This document shows positions 38,766 to 51,949 of a stretch of 64,000 nt of DNA, piece by piece; within the stretch, counting starts at the first letter, position 1; each line of letters opens with the position of its first letter. The notes below the pieces were generated by a model. That model had not been told where the DNA came from and searched no databases. It worked only from the letters and a program-made list of their open reading frames with translations. The stretch spans positions 12,152,001 to 12,216,000 of the forward strand of contig JAGIQG010000016.1 in NCBI GenBank assembly GCA_024679065.1, written 5' to 3'. The stretch comes from Sphyrna mokarran (lineage: Eukaryota). The position numbers were made by a program, and so were the translations under genes.

Positions 38766-39269
38766 CAGGAATTGGGAAATGGAAGAGCAGCGTTAACAAT
38801 ACATAGAAGGAACCACAGACGGCAGAGTTTACAGAGGGCTTCAATAGAGCTGTCTTTGTGGTTTTGGCTCGGCAACACTGACTAAGAACTGTGAAGTGGA
38901 AGAAAATCTCCAGTGATAAGCGTGAGCAAGACCGTTCGTTATAAGTGGCAGAGGGACTTCATTGGAGAATTGTGGGTGAAGTCGGCGCAGCAACATCTGG
39001 TAACAAATGGAAAGTGGAAGCAAAATTTCAGCGGTAAAAGAGAAGAACCACATCGGATATAGATGGCAGAGATACTTCACTGGGTAATTCAGGATGAAGT
39101 TGTCTCAGCATTACCAGTGAAGGAGTTGGAAGCGGAAATTCTGAACTCAAAGGACAGTAAATCCCTCCTCATTTATCCTAAGGGAAAGATTGCTGTAAGA
39201 TAGTAAAAAAAAAACAAGATATCATCTTTCCCTAATGCGGTAGCAGAGGGCACGAGAGAAAGAGATGAT

Positions 39270-39315
39270 TGAGAGAGAGAGACAGAGAGAAAGAAAGAGA
39301 AAGAGAGACAGAGAG
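39270..39315. repeat. (GA)n-rich microsatellite
   Basis: Seen directly. Confidence 0.85.
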
Positions 39316-39379
39316 TCACGTGTGGGCAAGAATATAAATATTTTCTCTCGGTGATTCGCTGCCTTCATTGCGGGAGAGG

Positions 39380-40330
39380 ATAGAACGTAGAACATAGAAC
39401 ATTACAGGGCAGAACAGGCCTTCGATGTTGCGCCGACCAATTAGGAACAAGCAGTGACCCTCTGACCTAAACCATTCCCCTTTTATCCATAAACTTATCT
39501 ACTAACCTCTTAAACGCCACCAAAACTGGCGCATCTACAACTGACGCAGGCAAGGCATTCCATACCCTTACCACCCTCTAGGTAAAGTACCTACCTCTGA
39601 CATCTGTCCTAAAACCACCACCCCTTAATATAAAGCTATGTCCCCTCGTGCTAGCTTTCTCCATCCTAGGAAAAAGGCTATCACTGTCCACCCTATCTAA
39701 ACCTCTAATCATCTTATATGTTTCAACAAGGTCTCCTCTTAGCCGCCTTCTTTCTAACGAAAACAACCTCAAATCTCTGAGCCTCTCTTCATAAGACCTG
39801 CCCTCCATACCAGGCAACATCTTCGTAAACCTCCTCTGTACCCTCTCCAATGCCTCCACATCTTTCTTATAATGCGGGGATCAGAACTATACACAATACT
39901 CCAAGTGCGGCCGCACTAGAATTTTGTACAGTTGCAACATGACGTTGCGGCCCCTAAATTCAATCCCCCTACCAATAAAAGCTAAGACTCTGTATGCCTT
40001 CTTAACAACCTTTTCGACTCGATTGCCAACTTTCAGGGATCTATGCACACATACACCAAGATCCCTCTGTTCATCAACACTATTAAGAGCCCTACCATTA
40101 GCCCTATACTCTACGCACTTGTTATTCCTGCCAAAGTGAATTACCTCACACTTTTCCACATTAAACTCCATTTGCCACCTCTCGGCCCATGTCTTCAACT
40201 TGTCCAAGTCTCTCTGCAAACTAGAACACCCTCTTCACTATCTACCACTCCTCCGACTTTGTTGTCATCCGCAAATTTACTAATCCATCCTTCAATACCC
40301 TCATCCAGATCATTTATAAAAATTACAAAC
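39380..40330 (-). mobile_element. 5'-truncated young CR1 LINE
   Basis: [30 protein letters not shown] and EALERVQRRFTKMLPG. (AGAACAT)n tail at ~39381-39403. Confidence 0.95.
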
Positions 40331-40559
40331 ATACCATTTGCTAATGGTAAGGCATTGTTCTTTCTTAATTTGAAACAAATCAGTTAAGTCACATCGCTGG
40401 AACTGTGACCTGATTGGATGGAAGGGAATTCGAGCTAAATTTGAAAATGAACTCCACTAAGCTAGTCATTTAAATTCATGATTTTAATTTGATTTCAGAT
40501 CAAGAGGGATCAATAAACAGGTCAAAACACAGAACGAATTAAATAGTATGAGACGCAGT

Positions 40560-42530
40560 GGTATTTAGCTATTTTTTTTATTTATAAGAGATTCGAAACT
40601 AAATTCTGAGGATGTTAAAAGAAAAAAAGTGTTGCTGTAAATATCAGTCAGCAGGGTAACGTGCATCGTCTGTGACGTGTGGGAGAACAGTGAGGCTTCA
40701 AGAATTTGGGAGAATACCATCTGCATGAACTGAACCAGTTTGCAGCTCCCTCAGAACGCACAGATCGACGGGGCCAGCAGTGTGATGGATGGACAACCAT
40801 ACAGGTGGCTTAAAGTGTCACATATAGTAGCGATGCAACCTTACTCACACGCAAGCAGGCAGATTGATTGGTGACCCATCAAAAGTTCAGGCAGCCAGTC
40901 AAGGAAATCCAATACGATGTTTCCCTTTCTAACCGATATAACGTCTTGGATACTTTTGAAGGAATGCCTTGTTATGGGGAAACATCACCAGCAAGGGAGG
41001 ATGCACCAGGACTCGCTCTTATTTTGTCAACAGTGGGTACATGCTGAATCCAAGTCCAGGGTACAGACAGGCGTTCCTGCGGCGCATGAAATAAATTCCT
41101 GGATGATATGTTGCCTCCCTGGTGAGAGAGGCAAGGATATTTATGGATAGAGATGGGTGAACAGCAGACGTGGTACGCATTTATGCTAACGAAATAGATA
41201 GGAAGAATTGCAATATCTTGCAAGGAGATTTCACAGAATTAGGTAGAACGCTCAAAAATGATATCTCAGTTTTTCCGGGTGCCAGTGAGGCTGGGAATAC
41301 GAAGCCAGCGCAATCATTAATTGGCTAAAGGGCTGGTTTAGGGGGAGGCGATTCTGATAATTTGATCATTAGGATCTCTTCTGGGATATGGACCTGTCCA
41401 AGAAGGATCTGTTATACGTTTTGAATTCGGAGAGCGGGGTGGCGGCGCCGGGAGTGGGGGGTGGGAGGAGGGTGTTGGGGGGCGGGGGAGGGGATGTGAT
41501 CGATTAACTGACAGGTATTCGATCGAGAAACAGAGGAATTTTCAAACTAGTGTATCAAGGGGGATGGAACTATAGCCGTATGTCAGGGGAAGCAATATCT
41601 GAGGGTGCACTCTCAATAAAAGATGCGAAGATTGCATAGAAAATCAAACCGGGAGTTTTGTATGAACACGGCGAACCTGGTGGTCAGCAGTGCACAGTTT
41701 CAATGCGAAGAGTTTACCTAATGCAAGACAGATTAATTCATTGCTTGGATTCGTATTTGGAACTAAGTTGGTCTTGCTATTGCAGAGACTTAATTCCAGG
41801 ATTTCGAACCATCAGACAGGGTACAGAGTGATGTTGAAGAGGTGGGGGAGTTGTCATACGGGTTAAGGAGATTATGAAAGATTTTTTTTTATAATTCTCC
41901 TGGGGTGAGGCATGTGAGTAGCGCTCAGTAATAGAAGTGGTATAGTCGCAATATCGGAGATTTATTATGGCCCACATGACATCAAGCTCGAAATAGAAGA
42001 GCAGATACGCAAACAGATTTTTGAAAGATGCAAAAACAACAGGGTTGTTATGGTGGGTGATATTAAATTTCCAAATATTGGCCTGGACTCAGTTACTGTT
42101 GGTACTTGGATGGGTTAGACTATGTGAAGATCATCTCGTAGGATTTCATGATATACTATGCAGATAGACAACACAAGAACATGCCATATTAACCCTGCAT
42201 TAAACACCGAACCCGACAAGGTGTTTGAGCTTTCAGTAGGAGAGCATTTTGCGTATAAAGTTAATATTTTCGTAACTTTTCGGTACCTTTTGGATAAGGA
42301 AAAGCGTGGCTCTTGGGTGAGATTGCTAAATTGGGGAAAACCTCACTATAACATCAGGAGGTAAAATCTGGGGAGGTTAGATTCGAGGAAGCTGTTTGAA
42401 GGTCAAACGGCATTGGACTTGTAGAAGTCATTCAAATGTTAATTAATTGTAATTCAGGTCGGTCACGTACATGTGAACATGAAGAATAAGTTTTGGAAGT
42501 ACCGGGAACCGTGGATATAATATGGTATTC
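40560..42530 (+). mobile_element. Decayed CR1 5' part: ORF1 (SGNH esterase-like) and ORF2 endonuclease
   Basis: 'SWMICCLPGERGKDI' resembles 'SRMVCCLPGARVKDV'. 'ttcaatgcgaagagt' (FNARS-like) and 'NRVVMVGDIKFPNI' (VGDFNFPNI). Confidence 0.75.
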
Positions 42531-42532
42531 AC

Positions 42533-42690
42533 CGGCACGGTGGCATAGTATTTAGCACAAAGCTCCAGAGACCGGTTCCTGGTTTGTGCCACCGTCTGTA
42601 TGAATTTTGCTAATTCTCACAGTGTTTACGTGTGTTTCCTCCTGGTGTTCTGGTTTTGTTACGAAGTCCAAACATGTGGGTTCGGTGGTG
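42533..42690 (+). mobile_element. Decayed tRNA-headed HE1-like SINE
   Basis: 'GGCACGGTGGCATAGTATTTAGCAC...CCGGTTCC...GTCTGTATGAATTTTGC'. Confidence 0.65.
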
Positions 42691-43840
42691 TTATAGGCCC
42701 ACATGTCTCTGCAGCCAATAATCCTCAGCCTTCTACCGTTTACCGTACATTCCCTATACGCATTTGACAATCCAAATAGCATTGTCTCATATGTGCCCGG
42801 ATTAAACGCCATTGCCAATCCTCTACCTAAGACTCCAAACCATAGAGCTTTACAAGGTTACGAGTTAGAGGAACAGAATCGCTAGTCAGATATTCTTTGT
42901 GTTGGTAGTAAAATCAAGTGCAAGAGGTCAGAATTTTAAGTTACTTGCGGAAACGTTTCGAGGAGATGAGCGTTACTCGTTCTTCCTTTACAAAGAGTCT
43001 TGTGATTGGCTGGAATGTCTTGTCCATAAAGATGGTGGAAACGGGTACGATAACAACAGATGACACTTGGAGGAATACATGAATTGGATAGGCATGGCAG
43101 GATGTGGACATTGTAGCTAAATACCGTTTTAGTTTATACAAAATTCATGATCGGCATAGACGTGGAGCAAAGAATGCATTGTTCCTGTCCTTTGTTCATT
43201 GTTATCTTCTTTGATTATACTCTCCCAGCGTTTGATAAAGATGCCTGTTACGAGGCTTACCTGATTCCATTAAAGATTCTTGACACCTCGCAAGTGCTGA
43301 ATCATGATTGAAATAAAGTGAAGTTGTTAGATTTTGCATATTTGCAGGTACAGAGGTCGTGTGTTTTTGAGTTGCGCAATCATGATGGACAATTGGGAGA
43401 TTTTTGGAAGCATCTTTTGCACCCTTCGTCGAAGAATCTGTTACAGTCAACCGTTCAGTTTCGGTCGCAGTTGGCATTACATTTCTGCAAGTGTCTATCG
43501 AATATGATTTGGACATTAAACATATTTGGATTTCCAACGCTCGAGTCACAAGACGTTTGCAGCACGGCATACATGATTACCGCAACCAATTCCAAGGCAA
43601 TTATATCTTGCATGTATAACACTGTACTGTACGTACTGTTGATATGAACAGCTTTATTTGACTTCATTCAGCAAATCGTGTCAAGCTTGGATCGCAGTTC
43701 ATTCAATGTAAGCGAATTTTAACTCGAAAATTGAAGCGTCCCAGAACTCATGGTTAACTTTCATGAAGTAATTCAATCCAAGCTGACTTGGGGGTTTTAA
43801 CACGTTAAGTTTGAACTTCGACCGTCCGTGCCTCTATCGA

Positions 43841-44739
43841 AAACACACTAAGAAGTCTGACAACACCAAGTTTAAATCCAAACGATTTTGTTGATGGTAA
43901 TCTCACAAGTTTTCGAGACTCTATTCTTCGTCGGGTGAATGAGGTGGTCTGGTCTCTGAGAGCACATATAACAGCACAGGCTGTTTACAGAGTATTATTA
44001 GAATGCGAATATTTATACCTAACTTGCTTTTCAAGTCTGAAGTCACAATGTGAGTGGACGGAGTACTGAGCACAGGTTAAATACATATGTATTGTCTCCA
44101 GACAGCACAGTCAGTGAGTTTTGTTTTGCTAACCCAGGCAAGTCATGGGGGTTACAGATGGTGTGACATGAAGCCAAGATTCCTGTTGAGACCGTCCTCA
44201 CGTGTGCGGAACTTGACTATCAGTCTCTGCTCAGCGACTCTGCGCTGTCGTGAAGGCCACCTTGAAGAACGTTTACCCGAAGGTCGGAGGCCGAATGCCC
44301 GTGACCAAGGTGGCCTTCACTTTACACGACAGCGCAGAGTCGCTGAGCAGAGACTGATAGTCAAGTTCTGCGCACATGAGGACGGTCTCAATAGAAATCT
44401 TAGCTTCATGTCACACTATCTGTAAGCCCAAGACTTTCCTGGGTTAGCAAAAAACCTCACTTTCTGTGCTGTCTGGAGACAATACACACCTCTTTAAGCT
44501 GTGCTCAGTGCTCCGTCCACTCACATGGTTAGCCACTTTAAGACTTGAATAGCAGGTTAGGTGTGAAGGTTCGCGTTCTAATCAGTAATCTGTAAACAGT
44601 TTGTGCTGTTATATATGCTGTTTGAGATCAGAACACTTCATTCACGTGACGAAGAGCAGAGCCTCGAAAGCTTGTGAGTTTACTATCAAATAAATCGATT
44701 GGATTTAAACCTGCTGTTGTCAGACTTCTTACTGTGTTT
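43841..44739. mobile_element. Penelope-like element: two head-to-head 3' copies forming a ~900-bp palindrome
   Basis: Arms 43841-44264 and 44306-44739 are reverse complements. They encode a GIY-YIG-type C-terminus 'HGHSASDLRVNVLQGGLH' and 'RQRRVAEQRLIVKFCAHEDGLNRNLSFMSHY', followed by a pLTR-like 3' region. Confidence 0.85.
44635..44680 (+). ncRNA. Degenerate hammerhead-ribozyme motif in the Penelope pLTR (mirror copy at ~43903-43945 on minus)
   Basis: 'CACGTGACGAAGAGCAGAGCCTCGAAAGCTTGTG' matches CUGANGA...GAAA with one core substitution. The mirror copy reads 'CACCCGACGAAGAATAGAGTCTCGAAAACTTGTG'. Confidence 0.45.
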
Positions 44740-44924
44740 ACCTCAGTTTCTACAACTTTGTCGAACATCCTTTGCTTAGATGGTTGGCGCTGCAGCCCCA
44801 TCGCGTAGTTAGCAATGCTGTCTCAGAACACCGAAGATCTGGGCTGAATTATGCCTTTGGATGTCTGTCTGTCTGAGTTTACTTCCCCGTGTTTGCTTCC
44901 TTCTCCCCCGGATCCTCCTGTTTA

Positions 44925-45890
44925 GAAACATAGAAACTGAAGCTAGAGAAGGGTATTCAGCCCCCGGAAACTGCTGCGCCATTCGTTTTCATCGTGGCTG
45001 GTCATTCAAATTAATATTCACAACACCACTTACCCCCATATCAATTGATCATTAAATCCCTCAGAACTACAGCAAATTTATTCTTGAAATTAGAAAACGT
45101 CTTGGACTCAACTGCATTCTGTGGTAATGAAATTTACACTTTCACCACGTCTGGTTCGAAGCAACCTCGCCCGAGATTACGCCAAACAGTTTTACCTTTT
45201 ATACTAAAACTGTGACACTTAATCTGGATTTATCGGCCGTTGAAAATACAATTCTTGAATTCACCTTGTGTAATAGGTTTGGATTGTTTTAAGTTTCAAT
45301 AAGATCCCCTACTTTTCTTCTAAACTCTAGTCAATATAATCCTAACCAATTTATTCTTTCCTGCCATCCTATAGATTTGCAGAAAAAAACTTCCTCTTCC
45401 TTATACTCAAGACTCTTCTCTATGAAGAATAACATACTGTGTGTTTTATTCACTGTCTTTTGAATCCGCACGCTTATTTTCACAAGCTGACTCTCTAGAG
45501 CTACGAAAAATCGCTGAGTATCAACATCTCTCCATTTACACTCATCCACATTATTAGCTCTCTTTCATTTTCTGCTACAAAATTGGATGAGTTCAGGTTT
45601 AGCCACATTATTTTCAAAAACTCTGTCCTGCCTACTCACGATGAAAGATCTTTGCATCCAAGCCACTACTCATCCTCCCACACAACTTTTATTATCTGCA
45701 AATCTGGATATGTTGCATTCAGTTTCCCCTTCCAGTAATGAATATGCAATGTGAGCATCTGGGGTCCTCCACTGATCTCTTTGTAACCACATAGTTCTTG
45801 ACGTCCAATCAGAAAAGTTAACGCATTTTTTAACTGTTCGATTTCCTCACACCTACCCAGATTTCTATGCATCTCTAAATATTGCCTCCT
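44925..45890 (-). mobile_element. Decayed CR1 3' part
   Basis: Tail 'AGAAACATAGAAAC' on +. Minus ORF 'VNKTHSMLFFIEKSLEYKEEEV' resembles 'ANGMLAFIARGLEYKSKEV'. Confidence 0.7.
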
Positions 45891-48249
45891 ACGTTTCAAA
45901 AATGTGTATTAGATGGATTGAACAAAGATGATTGCCCCTAGGTGTTAGAAAAAAAAAACGTGGGACTATGGGGATAGGAATAGGTGGGATGTTGTTGGTC
46001 AGATTGTATGGGCAGAATGGCCTCCTTCTGTACATTAGGAATTCTATTATTTTATGAGCATATGTATTTATGTCCGTAAGAATCTATTGTTCCAATTGCA
46101 TTGATGAAGTTAGGGTCATTTGATTGACATTTATGCTGTCCTTACCTGTAGTCATCAATGAATAATGGAAATTTGCCGCAGTTTGTCGAAATCATATTAT
46201 TTTCCGTTCTAAAGCCGGTCCCTTCTATAAAATGAAAGCTGACGGATCATGTAAAGAATATTTTCATTTTGGAAACTAGTTTTGGCTTGCATTTTGTTTT
46301 TAATCAAAGATCAGCGTTTGTTAAACACAGAATAATTTCAAACCGTGCGTCTCAAATAGAGTGAGCTCACGGGTCCCTTTCCGCTGCGAATCAAGAAGGT
46401 TCTGGTTTCTTGCAATTCTGCGGCACATCATTAATTTACTGGGACCGTGGACTTTTTTTACGGGGTGTTCGGGGGAATCCATTAGCATGAACCCAGAGAA
46501 GCAAAGTATGCGACAAAAACACATTAATTCTCTCTAAGAACAGTCATGTTTTCCATTGTACTTCCAACATTGTTTCAATTCGAACGTCAAGCTTTTTTTT
46601 TCAGGTAAGACTCGCGTCCTGATTTATTTTCCCCCAATTTAAACGTCAATGGAAAGAGAAAGGTATACGACAATGATGTCGTCATCGCTAATCTCTGCCT
46701 TCTTCATGCTTTTCTTCAACTGTCCTCTCAGGCTATTTAATTAAGTTTGGTTCTTGCTTGAAACAATCTACCGACTGGCATGCGACAATTCATTATATTG
46801 ATTGCATTCTGCAGCAAAGTTTAAGTCATTGATCAAAGTTTTACTCATAATTTTTAAGTCGTACAAAACATGAACCTAAATTCCAGCCTGAATGAAGGGA
46901 TTTTACCTCGAATGCATTCGAGTTTTAACGTTGTTACATTGCCTTTATTAACCATGAACGCCGATTATAAAGATGCAAAGAAATGTGGGGCTGGCATATG
47001 CTGATTTAGCGATATTAATGCCCGAATGTTTAGATCTGCAAATAACATATTTTGTACTGTCATTATGAGACAAAAGAGACATCATTATGCTGTGTTTATA
47101 CACACACACACACACACACACACACATACTAAGACACTTCCTTGTGGTCACTGTTAGCAATAATGTGATGGGAAAGTATGTGTCCTTAAAATTGCACAGC
47201 ATTATTTGTGCCTTCCTAAGAAAGACCATGACATTTTCCCTTTGCAACTGGGAACGCTAACGGATTTTCACGTTAGGAAATTATAAGAAAATACAATTCA
47301 ATTGATACTGTAAAAAATCGCCATACTTCTGTCGAAACTCCATGCAGATTTCTTTTTTCTTGCAGTACGATAACAATAAGAATTGATACAGAAAATGTCA
47401 AGGCTCCCAAATTAAATTTAAATGGACATCGATTTCTCTCCCTTTTTTTGCGTTAGGCTATAAAGGGCTGTTTATTGCGAACAGTGAGCATTATGGTATT
47501 TTCAAATTCTGGAAGTGAAAGGCTTTTTTATCGTCGTCGTCATAAAGTTTTCAAATGCATTTATTTGTTCTCATCAAGTCATTCCCCGATGTGATGTAGA
47601 ATGATGCAAAAGGAATTGGGGGGATGAGAGGATGATTACAAAACACATTTCCAACTTCATTGGTTGCCATTTTGTTTCTTTCATATTGGAATCATAATTT
47701 ATTCCTGTGAACATCCTGTCAATCTCAGTAAATACCTTTCTCTTTTTCCTTCAACTTGTTTTCTGTGGTCAACAAACATACTGATTCATTTATGTGTTGG
47801 AAAATATTCCCACAAATCGGCATCAGTCTGCGTTGACATTTCCATTAGTATTAAGTGCATGCAGAATAACATACTTAATTTCGGTTCATGATTTTAAAAA
47901 CAAACAACAAAATCGAGAATTATAAAAAAAAACATTGGGACACAGGGAAGTCTGTAATTAAAAGGGGAAGACAAGTGATAAGTACAAACCAGCCATCAAT
48001 ATTTTATAAACCACAGCGATTGCTGAAAGATGTGTTACCAATACTGAATCCAAAACGAATCCAATACAAAGTTGAGATGCTTTAATTGAAAAAGAAAAAA
48101 AAAAACGTAAGTAGGCGAAGGTTCAGTTGAGTTGGCTTGGGAGAAGAATGATATGAATGAAAAATACAGCCGAACTACCATAAGATATTAGGTTTGCTAA
48201 GTTCATATAAGGTGGAGGGGGAGTGTGGGAGGTGGGGGGGGGGGGGGAT

Positions 48250-49130
48250 GAGGAGGAATTATGTAAGAATTGAAAAAAATACTCCAATATTATGAATAAA
48301 TCATCAATAAAGACAGGCGATTACAGAACAACTGCCAGCATGAACAAAGTTTTAATAAGATGAAGGAATTTGTGATGTAAAATAGCAACACCAGTTTGAA
48401 TTGCATTAAGTGGAGCGGTAAAACTAACTGCAGTCAGTCAGAATTTCCATCATTATTAAAATTATAGGACAGATCAAATATTTTGGAAAGCAATATGCAT
48501 ATTTATGAAAGGAATAAGTTTTTTCCACATCTAAGCCTTTGCACAATGCTGGCTTCATACAGGTGAGCGAATGCCAGCTCCAACATCTGAATTGTAATGC
48601 TGTTTTTGGAGCCGTGATTCGAAGGTTGGCTGATGGGCTCCACGTTCCTGGGGAAAATTGCGTATGTACAATCGGGAACAGCTGATCCTGAATCAATTTG
48701 GAGACAATAACGTTGCAGATTGGTTTGGTGGGTAGTTGGTTGTAGTGCCAACAAGCTAATCAAGCGACAGAGAACCAGAATGTAAAAAAAAAGGAACGAG
48801 ATACGTAATACCACAGTGAAGGAAGAAACTCAGAATCAGTTTAGAATTTTTGCGTGTCAAGAGAATAAGACAAGCGTGGACGTCCTTTCCTTTAATCATA
48901 GTCTAACAGGTAACAGTGTTAAGTTAAAGTTGTGGATTGGCATATGGAAGAGTCATATTGTTACCATTAATAAGCATGATTGATATCAGTGCATGACTAA
49001 CAACTCAACATACCAGACCATGGAATCTTTCGGAAAACGAGAGCATTATCGAAAGAGAGGTGTGATGTCGAATTGATAAATAAAGAGTAAACTACAGCAA
49101 TGAGAATAGATAATGGTCCTGACTCTCCGA
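48250..49130 (+). mobile_element. Highly decayed CR1 ORF1/endonuclease junction
   Basis: 'CAACTCAACATACCAGACCATGGAATCTTTCGGAAA' resembles QLNIPGYRIFRK. 'TGGATTGGCATATGG' resembles WI..W. Confidence 0.5.
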
Positions 49131-50396
49131 GCCTGGTGTGCACTATTAGGAGTACAATAGGCCGTGGGACGTCACCGGCGAGTGATTCGTGAGATTCACG
49201 CTGGGTTCCCGAGCCTGCATGCATCCTCCAGGCTCAAATTTTCAGCAGGATATTGTAGGCGCTGAAGATCGATGTGACAGCAATGTTAACATTTTAATAA
49301 AACTTACGCAAGAAAACACAGAGTAACAACGTCACTCTTGCCAGTTCCTCCCTTCTGTATGTAATCTCTCCATCTCTGGTGTTACGTCAAGATGACGCCA
49401 TTTACTCCTGCCCAATAAAAATCGGAAACTGGCGTGACTGCACTGAATAGGAGTGAGATTGTAAGTGGCATAGTGCCACTGCACTCAAAGTGAGGGGCGG
49501 GGAGGGCACGTGTGGGGGAGGTGGGATGGAGAAAGGGCTTTCAAAGGTTCTGGATAAATTGGGAAATTGGATTGACTGCTGAAAGTGCAGTGTCGAGGCA
49601 CATGCATGTTCCATTTTTCTGGCAGCGGGGTGGGCTGACGTTTTTTTCTGGCTCTCAATTCGTGGTACTGCTGATTCCAGCCAACGGTATGATTCATGTT
49701 CATGCAATGGGGTAGGTTGAGTGTCCTTACTGAGTACTGCTGGGACTGCTGTTTCCAGACACATTGTTGATCCGTTTTTCAGGCTGTGGGGTCAGGTGAG
49801 GCACACTTCTTTTGTGCTGGTGGTTTTGTGGATTTTAGGAAGCCGTCCTTGTTGAGGACTATAAAGACAGGCAGGGTTTTTTTTTAAATATTTCTTTTGA
49901 GGCGAGGAACTCATGTCATATCAGTCACTCAGACCTCATAGAACTTGCATGGAATGAAAAAAACAAACTTGGTGTAATCAGTAAGCTCTCCTTGCCCAAT
50001 GAGCCTGACTTTTAACACATGCCTATAAGGCAATTGATTAGTCGCACCATTGACAATGATTGAAGTGTGCACAATTGTAAAGCCTGCAATATAAACACAT
50101 ACCCTCACTCTGCCAGTAGCAGCCACAACAGCGATGGCAGGCAACCTTTTCAGCTGATCTATGACACACCAGATTTTATGCGTTCGCAGCATCCACAATT
50201 AGGGACATTTGTCCCAATGGAGGGCCACGGAGTTCGGGAAATAAAAGAGAATGCATGTTTCTCTCACTCTTTGTCTTCTGTAATTCCGACGGGACAGATA
50301 GCATTCGGGCTTATTGAGACAGTCGTGATTATGGCAACTGCTGGGCACGGGGATGCTGAGTATATGGGAGATGTCGTACAACCACTGGAATGAAGG

Positions 50397-50916
50397 CAAA
50401 GAAAACAACATGGGAAACAGGCCCTTCGGCCCAACGAGCCTGCGCTGCCACCCCGATGTTCCCACCTCTACCCGCAATCCCTGTCCATGTTTATAGATCT
50501 ATGGATTGAAAACTAAATTTGAGACAATTTAGGGAGAATTTGTTTTGCCAATTAGCCTAAGAGCACATCTTTGGGATGTGAGAAGAAACCAGAGCACCCG
50601 GAGAAAACCCACGCAAACACGGGGAGAATGCGCAAACTCCCACAGACGCAGGGCCAAATCCATGTTTCTGCACAGCACAGCGATAGTGACTGAGCTGTCG
50701 TGTTGCACATCAAATGGTCCAGGTCAAGCGTACACTAACGACGTGAAGCACTAGGATACTCTCGAAAAAAAATCCAAGAGCAGCCCTCTCACGACCCATC
50801 GCGTGTATGCCTCTTGTTAGACAACAAGGTGGACCAAAGCACCTGTAGGATAAAAACAAATAAATCAATATCATCATCTATTTACAAACTTCCCAGGGAC
50901 TCCCAAGGCTCATGAT
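50397..50916 (-). mobile_element. Composite SINE copy 3 (same 5' end as copy 1)
   Basis: Reverse complement of 1420-1945. Similarity ends at 'ctcatgat', matching 'atcgtgag' at 1420. Confidence 0.9.
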
Positions 50917-51005
50917 CCCTATTTTAAATCAGTTTTCTATACCCCTCCATTCCCATTCTGTTCATGTGCCCATCTAAGTATTTCTTAAATAACTTCAGAG
51001 TACCT

Positions 51006-51470
51006 ACAAAGAACAAAGAATAAAGAGCAACACAGCACGGGAAACAGGCCCTTCGGCCCAACGATCCCGCGCCACCGTCCTAACGTCTTAATGACATATC
51101 CATGACTTTAGGCTATGCCTATTGTGGAAGATTCCCATATTGGGACAATTTGTTACCCAATCAGCCTAAGAGCACATTTTTGGGATGTGGGAGGAAACCG
51201 GAGCACCCGGAGAAAACCCACGCAACCACGGGGAGAACGCGCAAACTCCCGCAGACACAGGCCCAAATCCATGTGTCTGCACAGCAACAGCAATAGTTTC
51301 TGAGCTGTCATGTTGTCCATCAGATGGTCCAGTTTAAGCATACACTAACGACATGAAGCACTAAGCCACTCCTGAAGCAACATCCAAGAGCAGCCCTTGC
51401 ACGACCTGCCGAATGCATGCACCTTATTGGTCAACAAGGTGGACCGAATTGCCTGTGGAAACAAATAAGT
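51006..51470 (-). mobile_element. Composite SINE copy 4 (divergent subfamily)
   Basis: Same head extension, core and tail, but a different linker at ~51080-51155 and many substitutions in the extension. Confidence 0.85.
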
Positions 51471-51474
51471 TATT

Positions 51475-51900
51475 TAGACAGTCCTGCTATATTCCTCTAT
51501 CTGCAGACCGCTCATGTGGCTGTCCAAGAGACCCTTAAACAATCCTAGCGTGCCTGCTCCCGCCACCTTACTCGGCAGTGCATTCCACACCCCCACTACC
51601 CTTTGTGTGAAAAACTGCCCTCTAATATTCGAATTTTGCATAGCCCCCCTCACCCTAAGGCCATGACCCCTCGTTCTATCCATTTCTAATGGTGGAAAAA
51701 GCTTACCACCATTTACTCTATTTATACCCCTTATAATCTTATATACCTCTAATAGGTCCCCTCTCAGCCGACGTCTTTCAAGGGAAAACAACCCCAGTGT
51801 GTTCAATCTTTCCTCGTAAGACAGCCCTTCCATACCAGGCAACATCCTGTTAAATCTCCTCTGCACTCTCTCCAAGGCCTCCACATCCTTCCGGTAGTAC
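51475..51900 (-). mobile_element. CR1 3' ORF2 fragment
   Basis: 'YYRKDVEALERVQRRFNRMLPGMEGLSYEERL...FFTQRVVGVWNALP'. Confidence 0.92.
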
Positions 51901-51949
51901 CGAAAAAAAACGACAGGAAGTTCTGGAGCAGCGGGTGAGACCAACAATG

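Noticed and set aside
48424-48814. Minus ORF with a signal-peptide-like N-terminus
   Set aside because: No ATG start, and it is antisense to a decayed CR1 ORF1/endonuclease junction.
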